Shown here: one piece after another, positions 27,131 to 40,291 of the stretch
Layout of the letters: the number at the start of each line of letters is the position of its first letter
How positions within the stretch are numbered: the stretch's first letter is position 1
NCBI GenBank assembly: GCA_964016885.1
Contig: OZ024741.1
Coordinates: 95,542,001 to 95,606,000 of the forward strand
Reading direction: 5' to 3'
Source of the DNA: Eledone cirrhosa
Lineage: Eukaryota
DNA length: 64,000 nucleotides
The notes under the pieces: model-generated
Told to the model about the DNA's origin: nothing
Databases searched by the model: none
What the model saw: the letters and a program-made list of their open reading frames with translations, nothing else
Made by a program: the position numbers and the translations under genes

Positions 27131-27875
27131 CTTTATTTCTTTATTAATCTGACTCTATGAAGGTTGGTCTGGATTAACCATTTAGAAAAATATGCAGGTG
27201 TGTAGGGCCTTAAGTAAAGAAGGGTTCATAGAGTTTTTCCAGTATATGGAGGCACCATAATATTTGCAGTGCTTAGGGCCTTGGAAGGTAATAATCTGGC
27301 TCCGTACAGAGGATTATTATAGGCCAGACTCACAGAGAAGTGAGTTATAGGTGAATAAGTCAATTTACAGTATATTAAGAATGTTGTAGTTTGCTTGAAG
27401 TATTATGGGATATGGAAAGTGGTTATGTCTTAGAAGCTGCTACAATGCAAGTGGGGTTGTAAATATTAGGGTAATACTACACAAACCATACAGAGTTATT
27501 CAAAGGTCCTCCCCAACATTCCCCAATGTTCTCAATGGATCCCTGGATAACAGATGGTGCATCTGAAATATAGTAAGACAAATAAATATTTCCAAGAAAA
27601 ACAAGAATTAGAAATTCTTGCTTTTCTTCCTCTTCTCTGCTTAACCCCAATTCTATCATTCCTCAACTGATTTTGTTGCCATGATATTTACAATTCCACC
27701 TGCTTCAAAGAAAAACTCCTTTACGGTATATATACATCATCATCATCATCATTTAACGTTCATTTTCCACGATTGCATGGGTTAGAATGGTTGTCACATT
27801 ATGAGACAAGCCAGGTCCGGGGACCACATCATGTTCATACAGATCTGAATTTTGGCTCAGTTTTTACAGCTGGAT

Positions 27876-28090
27876 GTACAGTGCTCAGGTGCACTACAAC
27901 TCATCAAAGATGTATATATAGTACATAGAATAATGTACAAATGTCAGTCTTGATATACACACAGATACATGCATGAGTGTATATGGAGGGGGAATATCCG
28001 GTGTAGTGTTTGCGAATTTCGGGAAGCATGGAAGTTTTGAAGGATGCAGCGTCCTGACAGCTAACAACTGATACAGGTAGTTTGTTCTAT
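27876..28090 (-). mobile_element. CR1-like LINE 3' remnant
   Basis: The minus strand translates NKLPVSVVSCQDAASFKTSML, typical of a CR1/L2 C-terminus. Confidence 0.55.
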
Positions 28091-28464
28091 GCTTAGAAAA
28101 GCTAATTTCGATTAGATCTACTTTTTCCTCGTTATTTTAATTCTCGTATCATTTTCTGTATTTTCAATTCGAGCGTGAAATACATTTGATTTGTTTTAAG
28201 TGGTGAGAAACTTTTAGGAGAGATGGACAGCAGAAAGTCTTCAGCTATGAAGCCACATCCTTAAGCAAGTGTTTCGGCTCTTAACTACTTACACTTTCAA
28301 GGAACCCTGACCGCATTCAGGTTTTGACTCCTGGGTGCTCTTTTCCTTATTCATCACTTCCAAAATTCAGTATGTCAACCATTCGTTGATCGCTCGAGAA
28401 GAGATGTGTTGACAAAGCTGGGAATCGAATATTTCAACATGATAAACAAAGAAAAGTTTACATA

Positions 28465-28652
28465 TAATTGTTTCTATTTTTTGCACAATGCCAGTAATTA
28501 TCCTAGTACATTACTGGTACTTCCATTTTATTGACCCCGTAAGGATGAAAGACAAAGTTAACCTCGGCGGGATTTGAACTCAGATAATAAAGGGCCGTAA
28601 CTCTATGCTGCGAAGCATGGCGTCCGACCCTCTACCGATACTGCCAATCCAA
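28465..28652 (-). mobile_element. Meta-like SINE, full length
   Basis: Reverse complement of the SINE consensus. Confidence 0.9.
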
Positions 28653-29228
28653 CAAATAATATTGGAAAAGTTGAACGTTACAACTTCCAATCAATTTTTC
28701 TTGTAAAAATGTTTGGCTTTATGTCATTACGCGAAAACCAATAAACAAGTTATAAGGGAAACAACTTGATGAAACATAAGGGAAATAACTCTTTATATTT
28801 CCGTACTAATTCCCTTCCTCATATGTACAAAGGGGAAGGGGAGGACAGGACATACGCATAGAACCATAAACAAACAGACTGACATACACACAGAGGCGCA
28901 CACACACACTCCCGTACACAGAGACAGAGGGACACACACACACTCTCGTACACACACACACACACACACAGAGACACCACATACTAAAACGTATTAAACT
29001 CTTTCCTCTTTGGATGTAGAGAAACTTTACAACTATTGTATTTGTGTGTTTATAATTGTGTATGTGTGTGTTTTTATACAAAACTGAGTTTCAGACATAA
29101 CCCCTTCATCAGGAAAAGAGTTCCGAGAGAGTGTGAGGGGGGAGTGGTGGAAAGACATTAAAATAAAGGGAAATATATATATATATAAAAAAGAAAATTT
29201 CGCTCTACATGGCTGAATACAATAAATG

Positions 29229-29563
29229 TAATCTGAGTTTTTCGAATATTAATAATAACATTCGATTCGTTTGCAATTATGCAAACAAGCTTCAATTTTA
29301 TAGCCATTTCAGTAGAATGAACACTTCATTCTTGCTCTTGTGTTATATATTTTCACTAGCTCTGACAGTTTGGCAGGTGAGCAGTGAGCTGTACTGATGA
29401 AGGGTAATACCCAGAAATATTAGTGTCTGCAGTCAGTTCTGTTCGCATGCCAACACAAGAGCAATGATGAAGTGTTCATTCTACTGACATGGCTATAAAA
29501 TTGAGCCTTGTTTGCATAATTGCAAACGAATCGAATGTTATTATTAATATTCGAAAAACTCAG

Positions 29564-29567
<4 letters not shown>
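29229..29567. repeat. Foldback element with 116-bp inverted arms around a 107-bp loop
   Basis: 29229-29344 is the reverse complement of 29452-29567 with few mismatches. Confidence 0.92.
29388..29433 (+). ncRNA. Type I minimal hammerhead ribozyme motif
   Basis: Stem I GCUGUA/UGCAGU, core CUGAUGA, stem II GGGU-AAU-ACCC, GAAA, a short stem III and the cleavage triplet GUC at 29425-29427. Confidence 0.7.
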
Positions 29568-29614
<47 letters not shown>

Positions 29615-29929
29615 AAATTGCTGGTCTTTTGGTTAAGTTAGAAATAAATTTATATTTCTATAATACATTTTAGATGTAGTTATAATAAAAGAAAGAAAAA
29701 GGAAGATAAGAAATTTGATAAAGATTCCCCATCATCGGAAGTGAAACAATTTGTCCACAAAATGTCATGTTTGGATCTTAACTTCTAGTTTCTTTTCTCC
29801 TGTTTTCTTTATCCTGAGTATTATCAGCCAGTAGAAAGATTCTACCATGTGTCTTTCAGAGATGCACTAAGAGAGCTTTTTAATTTTTATATTAAGGCGG
29901 TGAATTGGCAGAGTCGTTAGGGTGTCGTA

Positions 29930-30140
29930 TTAATAATGGTTTCTGATTTAGGCACAAAGCCAACAATTTGAAGGGCTGTGGGGGAGGTGGGGGTCCATTA
30001 AATCGATCTCGGTACTTACTGGTGCTTTATTCTAATGATGAAAGGCAAAGTTAACCTCGGTGGCATTTGAACTCAGAACGTAAAGGGCCGTAACTCTATG
30101 CTGTGAAACATGGTGTCCGACGCTCCACCGATACAGCCAA
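29930..30140 (-). mobile_element. Meta-like SINE, long subfamily
   Basis: Reverse complement of the consensus, including the CCCC-rich insert. Confidence 0.8.
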
Positions 30141-30256
30141 TGCTTTAGTATTTGTTCTGATTCACTGTGCTCAAATCCCACTGAAGTCCACTTTGAATTT
30201 CAGACTTTCATCTTTTCGAGTTCGATTAATAAACTACCAGTCCAGCACTGCAATCG

Positions 30257-30361
<105 letters not shown>

Positions 30362-30654
30362 ACTCCCAAAATCGGTTCCGCCAGGTTCAAAATGTTCAAG
30401 ACAACCCGTGTGTCAAGACGGCGTCCCTACGGTTCCATCAGCAGTTAAGTGCCCGTTCCATATTATCATCGAAGCTATCTGAATGTTTATTACAATTTAT
30501 CTGAGTGGTGAGGTTACCCCTGCGAGAGAAATGCTCTACTTCATAGCACACAATTTGTAAAACGACCCCACTAAATTTCCCCAAATTTATGAAATTCTTC
30601 TTCTCACCATCTTCTTCTTATTATTTAATGTCGGTAGTAGAAACAATTATTAAG

Positions 30655-30832
30655 TGTTGGTAGAGGGTCGGAGGCCATGCTTTGACGCATAGAGTTACAG
30701 CCCTTGCCATTCTGAGCTCAAATCCCGCCGAGGTTAATTTTGCTTTTCATCCTTACGGTGTCGATAAAATAAAGTACCAGTAATACACTGAGTATTTGCT
30801 GGCCTTGTGCCAAAAATAGAAACAATTATTAA
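30655..30832 (+). mobile_element. Meta-like SINE
   Basis: Matches the consensus. Followed by (AT)n and (GT)n at 30857-31018. Confidence 0.88.
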
Positions 30833-30853
30833 ATGATTTGCGGCATAGAGCCG

Positions 30854-31019
<166 letters not shown>

Positions 31020-31334
31020 ATTGTAGACACCTGACCACTTTTGCAGAACTCACCATCCTTTAGCAGAGCATCTTAATATTGGCACTCAATGAAAACCCAT
31101 TGTTTGCTTGAAATAAATGAACCTTAAACATTAGGAGTTTGTGTTTGTGTTTGTCTATAGGTACTTAGCGTGAATTTACTTCTGCCTTTGTATCGCTATG
31201 TATTTTTCTCTAAATATATATCTTTTAAGAATCCCCTTTCTTTAAATCCACCAGCCAATGACCTCCACATCCCAATCACCACCCTCTCCTACCACCAGAA
31301 AATGTAGAAATACCACCATATTACATTGACAGTC

Positions 31335-31386
31335 GGCTTTCCTGATGATTTCTTTCGAATGAAACAGTTCTAGTTCTGTAGAAGCC
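31335..31386 (+). ncRNA. Type I hammerhead ribozyme motif in a Penelope pLTR-like context
   Basis: GGCUU(U)C CUGAUGA UUUC-UUUC-GAAU GAAA CAG-UUCUAGUU-CUG UA GAAGCC. Stem III is ACAG/CUGU and the cleavage triplet is GUA. ATTAAA lies downstream. Confidence 0.7.
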
Positions 31387-31999
31387 ATTTCTATATTAAA
31401 TATTTATACTCTGCTATGTATTGAGTACCCTACGTACTATGGTTACCCCCGATTGACCCCGGGATAAACATATTATCTATCTATCTATCTTTTTATCTAT
31501 CTATCTATCTATCTATATATATATTTGCCTCCATCATGGATCAACTAAGTACTCTTGCTATATTAACACCTTTTGATCTGCTTATCTTCAAGAACTATGC
31601 CTGTAAATAACATTAATATTTCTTTCACATTGCCTTATTATGCTCCACATTACGTCCCTTTTTATCTTTTTTCTTTTCACTTCAAAAACCTTGTTTGTAA
31701 ATAACATTATTCTTTCTGCACCATTTCTTTAACATGTCCAACACCACCACTCTACACCAATACATATTATCATTTGATAATGCATAAAAATGCTGAAACC
31801 GGTAACAGACAATTATTAAATATATAAATAAATAAATAAATGCCATTGTTAATTAATAAATAAATCAACTAATACCTTAACACTTCACACAAAGTAAAAT
31901 ATTTCGTTTTAATCATTTTCTAACCCAGAAAAAAGAGAGAGAAAATAAAAAGGGAAAAAAAAAATTTTTTCTTCCTAATAATCGTCTTTTTCTCCCTGT

Positions 32000-32052
<53 letters not shown>

Positions 32053-32060
32053 CGTGTGTG

Positions 32061-32160
<100 letters not shown>

Positions 32161-32164
32161 AAGG

Positions 32165-32487
32165 GTAAAGAGTAAAAGACCCTTCGGTCACAAATGACCA
32201 TGGGATTTACACCTAGAAAGTTTCCCTCCGAGGCACAAGTCCGGGCGAGGTTGTTTGTGGAAGACCAGTAGTCGCCCACACATACCAGTCTCCCATCTCC
32301 AGGCCACTGATGTTGTCCAAGGGAAAGGCAATGGCTGATACAGCTTGGCACCAGTGACTTCGCAACTCATTTCCACAGCTGAGTGAACTGGAGCAACATG
32401 AAATAAAGTGTCTTGCTCAAGAACACAACACAAAGCCCGATCCGAGAATCTAACTCACAACCTCATGATTGTAAGCCTGACGCTCTG
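32165..32487 (-). mobile_element. Second tRNA-derived SINE family (CORE-like, resembling octopus OR SINEs)
   Basis: The minus strand has a tRNA-like head and GTGTTGTGTTCTTGAGCAAGACACTTTATTTCA. Related pieces lie at 34590-34710 and ~7465-7550. Confidence 0.7.
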
Positions 32488-32804
32488 CTATCATTTACTA
32501 GTTCGATTTAATAATATATTTTACTCCTACAAATATTGAGTTTGTTAAAAGAAATAACTATTGAAGTATTCTTTCTGAAAATACCGGTTAGTGATAAAAA
32601 GCTAAAGTAGTAATCCACCCCCTCCAAAAAAAAAAAAAAAAACCACACACAGGTTCTGTGACACAAAACTGCCTATTTCAAAGTTTTTTTTTTCTTATAT
32701 TAGATAGCAAGTAATCAGCTTGTCAATAAGAAAGCCTTATATATCTTTGGTGACTAAGTGCTCAGTGTATATATATATAATTATCATCAACATTATTGTT
32801 TTTT

Positions 32805-33990
32805 CTACAGAATTCATAATATGATCGGCTTGTCTCCCCACAGCCCCGGGGCACAGAATAGAGAAGGCGTTTCCTCGGAGGACGGCAAGGGATACGCGCT
32901 GGAAAAGCGACTCCAACTCGCGGGGCTAACACCTGCGGCTGGCTAGCTCAGCGCCTATGGCGGTGAGTAGGGAGGTAACCCTAGGGCTGAGGACACCAGA
33001 AATCTCCACTGCCAGGGGTTCAACCGCAAACCTGTCGGAGAGCGACCGGTATTTGAGGAGTTTGGCCTCCTCAGCCCGACATGCAGCAGAACTTGGGTTA
33101 ATCGCAGACTGCACCAGGTCGCAGCTGCAGAAAGTGTCGGTGCAAGTGGCATTCCAGACGAGGGGTTTGCCATCTGGCCTTTTGCCGTCCCCTCGGTCCA
33201 GCCCCACCGGCTCGAGCTGGGAAGGGAAGCCTGCAGCGTCCAAGCCATGATTTATGACCTCGTTGAGTGCAGCATGGCGTAGAAGGCGGCCGGCACTGTG
33301 GCGACAGGAAAGCGGGTGGAGGCCGAAAGAGTCTACAGTGGATCCACAGCGACATTGGTGTGGCCCGCAGATCCGGAGGCCGAGCCTCAGGGAAACGCCG
33401 ATGCGCAGGATATTGTCTAGCTGCGTGCCAGTAGAGAAGGCGGGCATGGCATGGAGCCAGGCACCACTGTGGGGTTTGGAGGCCGCACGAAAACAGGCAA
33501 GGCGGTGCTGGTCGAGCTGGCGCGTGAGCCTGTCCGAAGTCAGGCTGCACTGGATGGCATCCCAAGTGCTTTGGGGGACTTGACGTCAGCAGGGGGAGAA
33601 GGAGGAGGGACGTCTACTGGGCTAAGTCCTAGCCGGTGCCACGTCTCACAGGCAGCCTCAGGTTCTCTGAACACAGAAGGTTCTATTGTGTTTTGGAGAA
33701 CCCTGCTGACGAGGATGCGGCACGAGGTTACCGACGGAAGATACACCGGCAAGGCTAGTGAGATAGGGGACCGGAGGCCAAGGCCGCCATACCTGACAGG
33801 TAAAGTGGCCTGTTGCCATCCAATGTCGTCAAATCTGACGTTGCATATCTCCTCGGCTGCTGTTCGGATACAAGTGTCGAGGTCAGCGAGGAGAGATGCG
33901 TGGGTGTAGTATGGAGCGATGTGAAGGGTAAAGAGGAGCTTCGGCATGGCGAAGCACTTCCTCAACAGAAAGAGAACTGGGTGGCCAAAC
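32805..33990 (-). mobile_element. 5'-truncated, frameshifted CRE-clade (RLE) non-LTR retrotransposon
   Basis: WQQATLPVRYGGLGLRS; CCHC motif CRCGSTVDSFGLHPLSC; RHAALNEVI; EPVGLDRGDGKRPDG..LVWNATCTDT; AEEAKLLKY..PLAVEISG. GC-rich island in AT-rich surroundings. Confidence 0.85.
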
Positions 33991-34589
33991 AAATTAATTG
34001 AAACGCATTGTCAATGACTTTCATTAGAAATTTGGTAACGAAATTGTTAACAGAATTTTAGCAGAAAATATCTAAAATGGGTTTGTTTATTCAAATATTT
34101 ATAACATCATTTCAAGTTAACATATCATTGTGAAAATATTCAGTAAACTAAAGTAAAGACAATTGTCTAAATTTAATGGAGTCATATTGAGTTTTCAAAT
34201 AGAGAACTGATTTTTTAAAGCCACAAATAGGGTGTAATTTGAGGTACATTTGGTTCACTTGATACCTTGGAAATAAGGGTATTTATTCACTATACCCAGT
34301 CATTCCTAACAAACAACTGTATTTTATAGGAAAAAAGTAAGAAAATCTACTCAGAGCTATGTTCTAGTGTGCTGTAAAGCTTAGATTTCTCAATATATCG
34401 CAGTCTATATCCTACTCGCAATAGATATTATTGATCATATGAATATATATATATCGCTCTCGCCCGGATCTATCAACAAGATCCCAGACCTCATTCGCTT
34501 GCCGAGTGGAGTAGACCTCGTCAAATCGGACCAAGAAAACAATGTTTCCATTGCTGATATTATCTACCGGTCGCAACTCTTGGCAGAAA

Positions 34590-34710
34590 GAGCAACGTGA
34601 AAATAAAGTGTCTTGCTCAAGGACGCAACGCATCACCCGGTCCGAGAATCGAACTCACAACCTCAAGATTGCGAATCCAACTCTCTAACCACTGAGCCAC
34701 GCGCTTTCAC
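34590..34710 (-). mobile_element. tRNA-derived head and core of the second SINE family
   Basis: A box TGGCTCAGTGG and B box GAGTTCGATTC, then GTCCTTGAGCAAGACACTT. Confidence 0.75.
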
Positions 34711-34804
34711 AAATTTATATAAATATAATTGTTTCTACATTTGACTTGATTGAGGGATTAAATATCACCATTCTAAGAACTGAGAAAACTTGAAATATTA
34801 ATAT

Positions 34805-35190
34805 TAATAATGGTTTCTGATTTAGACACAAGGCCAGCAATTATCCCAGTGCATTACTGGTACTTTATTTTATTGACCTTGTAAGGATGAAAGGCAAAGT
34901 TAACCTCAGCAGGATTTGAACTCAGAATGTAAAGGGAAATAACTATATAGTGCAAAGCATATTGTCCAACACTCTACCAATACTACCAACCTACCCGCCT
35001 TATAATAATTGTTTCTACTTTTGGCACAAGGCCAGCAATTACCCAGTACATTACTGGTACTTTATTTTATCGACCCCATAAGGATGAAAGGCAAAGTTAA
35101 CCTCGGCGGGATTTGAACTCAGACCATAACGGGCCGTAACTCTTTGCTGCAAAGCATGGTGTCCGACCCTCTACCGATACTGACAATCCA
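34805..35190 (-). mobile_element. Two tandem Meta-like SINEs
   Basis: Copies at about 34805-35000 and 35003-35190. Confidence 0.88.
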
Positions 35191-35341
35191 TGGATTCAGT
35201 TTCAATCGTTTGACGTCATTTTCCTATAGTTCAGTTTTTGGATGTTCTGCAAAACATCATTTATGAACTTGATAATGAAGTTTAAGTTGCGGACTTATCT
35301 TAAAATGCAATTTGTCTAACTTACACGTTGTATGTATATAA

Positions 35342-35527
35342 TTAATTGTTTCTACTTTTGGCACAAGGCCAGCAAATTATCCAGTGTATTACTGGTACTT
35401 TATTTTATCGACCCTGTAAGGATGAAAGGCAAAGTTAACCTCGGCAGGATTTGAACTCAGATCGTAAAGGGACGTAACTATGCTGGAAAGCATGGCGTCC
35501 GACTCTCTACCGATACTGCCAATCCAC
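35342..35527 (-). mobile_element. Meta-like SINE
   Basis: Near-consensus copy. Confidence 0.9.
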
Positions 35528-35691
35528 AAATGTATGAATCATATCTGTAGCTTTTTATTTCATAAAATTGGAATTTAGTTGAAAAAGATGAAAGCTGTCT
35601 TACCAAGAAAAATAACTCTTATTGAAAGCTTACTTAATTACGTCCCTTGCAAACACGGTTATTCTTCTGCGCACATGTAGTCATACTTGTC

Positions 35692-35724
<33 letters not shown>

Positions 35725-35745
35725 ACACACACCACACACACACAC

Positions 35746-35881
35746 TTAGTTCCAAAACAAATTAACAAACCATAGTTAAGAACACACGCTTCAACCAAAG
35801 GATTCTTCAACTTGTGTGGAAGAATCCTTCGAGTGAACCGGGTGTTCTCAAGTATGGTTTGTTAATTTGTTGAGGAACTAA
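35746..35881. repeat. Imperfect 136-bp palindrome
   Basis: TTAGTTCC..ACAAATTAACAAACCATA..AAGGATTCTTC pairs with GAAGAATCCTT..TATGGTTTGTTAATTTGT..GGAACTAA. Confidence 0.85.
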
Positions 35882-35980
35882 CTCTATACCGAACTCGTCC
35901 TATGGACTGAGTGCTCTACCAGCTTTGAATATAACCTCCCCGTTTTTTTTACTACGCACACACACACACACACATATATA

Positions 35981-36334
35981 CAGTTGTCCCCCGGTATTCG
36001 CGTGGGTTACGTTCCTAGATCACCCGCGAATATTGGACGTGGTCCATAAAAATGCATATAAACGTCAAAATATAGGGTAAAATATAATTTAAAAAAGAGA
36101 GCGCGTCTTATACGAAGGAGCGTCCAATAGGCCGGCAAATATGGTATATTGTTATCGATAATCTAGCGTTAAAAATATATATATTGCCAGGAAAAAAGCC
36201 ATTAAAAAAATTGCGGAAGATATTTATGATTCCGCGAATATGCGGTGGTTTCCACGAACTATTTTTAGTTAGGTTCTAATTATCTAAGGAAAATTCAGCG
36301 AATAACCAGGACCGCGAATGCTGAGGGTACACTG
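35981..36334. mobile_element. Tigger/pogo-type MITE
   Basis: Imperfect TIRs CAGTTGTCCCCCGGTATTCGCG / CGCGAATGCTGAGGGTACACTG in a TA-rich target. Confidence 0.7.
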
Positions 36335-37019
36335 TGTATATATATAAATAATGATTATACCTAACGGCCCAGCTACCTCCCTGCCTTCTCATAATTAATC
36401 CCTTTACATACCATACTACTGATTGCTGGTCCCCCAGTTGTGTCTATTGGGTATCTACCCTGCACACATCTCACTGATCAATCTCTCATAATAGCACTGC
36501 CATGTGTAGTCTTTCTTTTCAGCAGTGCTACTGCAAGCACGCTGCTATAATACTAAATAAAGCTTTTCCCCCAACAAATTCTTGATTTTCTCAAGTGCAC
36601 AGCTTAGTAATCCGGAACATCTCACTCTGGTTCTCACCTCATAGAACATGTACTAATCTCTTCCTTTCAGTTTTCCACCAAGCTACGTATAACCGACCCC
36701 TAGCTTCTCTTCAAGTTACTAAGAATTGCTCTCTGATTCTCCCATTTTTTCAGTATTTTCAGGCCTGTCTGTTGACTCTTATAGCTCTATCAACATTACT
36801 ACTTCACTATCATATCATCTTCCGTTATGCTAGAGTTTTGCACTTTCCACAGGTTCAGATGTGCCTCTATATATGTGGTATGTTTCTACTTACTAAAGTG
36901 TGTCTTGGGGACCGGCCCAATCTCACCTCCATGCGGTAGTCTCCGGGAAAGCATGTTATAATGTTATAATGTTATAATGCTTTGTTAACAAGCCTTTGTA
37001 TGATAAAATATGTTGAATA

Positions 37020-37123
37020 ATAATTGTTTCTACTATTGGCACAAGGCCAGCAATTATCCAGTACATTACTGGTACTTTATTTTATCGACCCCGTAAGGAT
37101 GAAAGGCAAAGTTAACCTCGGCA
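37020..37123 (-). mobile_element. 5'-truncated Meta-like SINE
   Basis: Tail and central domain only. Confidence 0.85.
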
Positions 37124-37539
37124 ATGATATGCATACATACATAATGGCTGCATCTCGACTTCAAGAATTGTTATCCCACCTCATACATGTATGGCACCAA
37201 CATGACCTTTTAGCCCTGCTAAGGACTTAGATTCTTTTCTGCATATGCTGCAGCGAAAGAATAAAGAAAAACCCATGTTCACGCAACACACGTGAACATC
37301 GTGATATCTGTGCTTGAGTCTTTTTTAAGTGAAGAAAGTCCTTGCACTGGATAAATCCCACTCTCTGAACAACGATGACAGATATACAAAAAAGAAGAAC
37401 AGGTCAACATCATTGAATAAATAAATAAATAAAACCTAGCAGGAACCCACTTTTAATTTCTGCTCAATATGTCAGCAGTGAACTGTCCGACTTATTAATA
37501 AATGACATCCTTTTGAACCCTATTCATAATTGGTGGTCA

Positions 37540-38075
37540 TCGGTAAGTTGTTTTTAGGATCGGTATAGTGTCGTACAAAATTTCGTTTTAAGTTCAAATC
37601 CTCGCCCAAAATTGTTGGCGTTGCGCCTAAATCAGAAACCATTATTTTTTAGTGGATTGGCAGTATCGGTAGAGAGTCGGACACCATGCTTTGAACCATA
37701 GAGTTACGTCCCTTTATGATCTGAGTTCAAATCCCGCCGAGGTTAACTTTGCCTTTCATCCTTACGGGGTCGATAAAATAAAGTACCAGTAATACACTGG
37801 ATAATTGCTGGCCTTGTGCCAAAAGTAGAAACAATTATTTTTTATTGATTTAAGGGCGATGGGTTGGCAGTATCGATAGACGTCGGACAAAACGCGTTAC
37901 AGTATTTATTTACAACTTTCTACGTTCTGAGTTCAAATCTTACCGAGGTCAAACGTTGCCTCTCATCCTTCCAAAGTCGGCAAAGTAAAAGACCAGTAAA
38001 TAACTAAAGTTGATATAATCAACTTTCCTCTTCCCGAAATTACTGGCCTTGTGCCTAAATTAGGAATCATTATTT
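37540..38075 (+). mobile_element. Tandem Meta-like SINEs (one degenerate, two complete)
   Basis: Complete copies at about 37650-37840 and 37852-38075. A degenerate copy lies at about 37540-37648. Confidence 0.8.
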
Positions 38076-39233
38076 TCATTATAAAATGTTGTAGTTTGCT
38101 TGAAGCATTGTATATAATATATAATGTGGAAAGTAATATAAGGCTAAATAATGCAAAATGGATGGTAAGATGAAGGTAACAAAAAGTTAGTTACCTGATA
38201 AACTTGTTTTTTTGCTGTTGTTTCTTTTGTCCTAATATTTCGGGACTTAAAATTCCTTTCTTCGGGGTGTAAGGAACTCTCAGAGAAAAATGTTCCAGTT
38301 GCTTCTCTTTGGAATTAAATTTAGATTATTTAGATTATTTTTATTGATTTAATCTCATTTTGTTATTTCTTCTCTCCTTCTCCGTCTATAGAGTTACCCC
38401 CTTTTTTAAAATCAGAATCTGCTTCGACCCTTTTCCCTAATTTTCCAACGTCTTGGAAAGGCATATATTAAATACTGCTTAGGTCAGTTTAGATGACTTC
38501 ACATCTCTGCCCACGATCCATTGTACGTACTGAAATCTTGTGCACCCTAAAGTGCATGTTGGCATTCCTTTCATGGGAACAGTCAAAAAGGTTTTCACGT
38601 CCTCTGGATATTCTTCCTATAGCTCATGACAAACATTAAGGGTTGTTTATTAACAAAAACCTATCACTTGCGGTCTTCCTGTATTCCGGATTTATTTGGT
38701 TATCAGTTACTAGTAAGACCTCTCTGTAATATACATTGCACTGCATCATTTTTCTTTTCTTCTTTTCTTTGTGAATGGTTTATTTGATTGTTTTTTGAAG
38801 AACTGTGAATCTCATGTTGTCATCTGGTTGTATTTTACACACCTCTAGGTCGGGTTCGTCTTTTCTCCTTTCTCTTTCCTCCCTTTTACTCCCAGTACTT
38901 TTCTCTTCCTCACCAGTGTCTATTGCATTCTTACAATCTCATGATAACGGGACAGTGTTGTTAGTTGTGTGAAAGGAAGGTTTCTGCTCGTCAGTATTTC
39001 TGGGATCGAAGACAAGACGTAAACCAGTGTTAAGATGCGTTCCTTTAAGTACAAAAAAACGTGACCTTAGAGAATCGATAAAATACGTAATAGACATTAA
39101 ATCTTGGGATCGAAATGATGGACAAAATTCCTTAAAAGCAAAGCCCCAGCATGGCCGAAGTTTAATGAGTGAAATCCACAAGGAATAAAAGATTACCTAT
39201 AAATGTGTGTTCCTTTTTCTCTCTTAACCATAC

Positions 39234-39318
<85 letters not shown>

Positions 39319-39340
39319 TGTATATATATATATGTATGAA

Positions 39341-39418
<78 letters not shown>

Positions 39419-39443
39419 TGTATATATATATATGTATGAACTT

Positions 39444-39474
<31 letters not shown>

Positions 39475-39680
39475 AAGTATATATGTATATATATTTTGTA
39501 TATTTCGCAGTCTCTAGTCATATGAATACTAATACAACCCCCCCCCCCCCCCCCCCCGCCAAAAAAAATCCCAAAACAAACAACAAATAAAATAACAGCA
39601 ACAACCATAAACAATACTCAACTCCTACACATAAAAAGAATAGAAAAAACGGAATTCGGAAACAATGCCTTTCCCCGATA

Positions 39681-39723
<43 letters not shown>

Positions 39724-40251
39724 GATATATGTATATATGTATATATATATATATATATATATACATATATCTATATATATATATACACATCACCTTTTTT
39801 TCCTTCAAGATGAAGTGAATGAAAGCACACCTATTGCTATTAAAAAACACCGAAACGTGACTATGTGACCACAGTAAGAATTTACGAATATGGCAAACTG
39901 ACTTGGCAGATTCCAAGTCCAAATATTGGAAGGTATAACAAAGCAAAACTGCTGACGCTAACGACTATTTAGTTAGAATAGAGATTTCTTAGAAATTTAT
40001 ATTCATGCCAAACTTTCTACAAGAATGCAAACATTGTTCCATCAAAAACAAATTTATTTAAGGGAATGTAGCTAATACTTTACTATAACCAACACACAGA
40101 GTTGTATTTGTGAGTGGGTGGTTGAGAGCATGTTTGTGGCGCATGTGGGTGTCTTGTGTGTGTGTGTCTTGTGTGTGAGTGTTGTGTGTGTGTGTGTGTG
40201 TGTCTTGTGTGTGTCTTGTGTGTGAGTGTTGTATGTGTGTGTGTGTGTATC

Positions 40252-40291
<40 letters not shown>

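Noticed and set aside
34620-34710. Possible tRNA gene
   Set aside because: It has A and B boxes but continues into SINE core sequence shared with 32165-32487, so it is a SINE head.
39845-39970. Peptide RDYVTTVRIYEYGKLTWQIPS, faintly like a Cys-loop receptor strand
   Set aside because: It is bounded by stops, has no Cys-loop and no neighbouring exons, and is too short to support.
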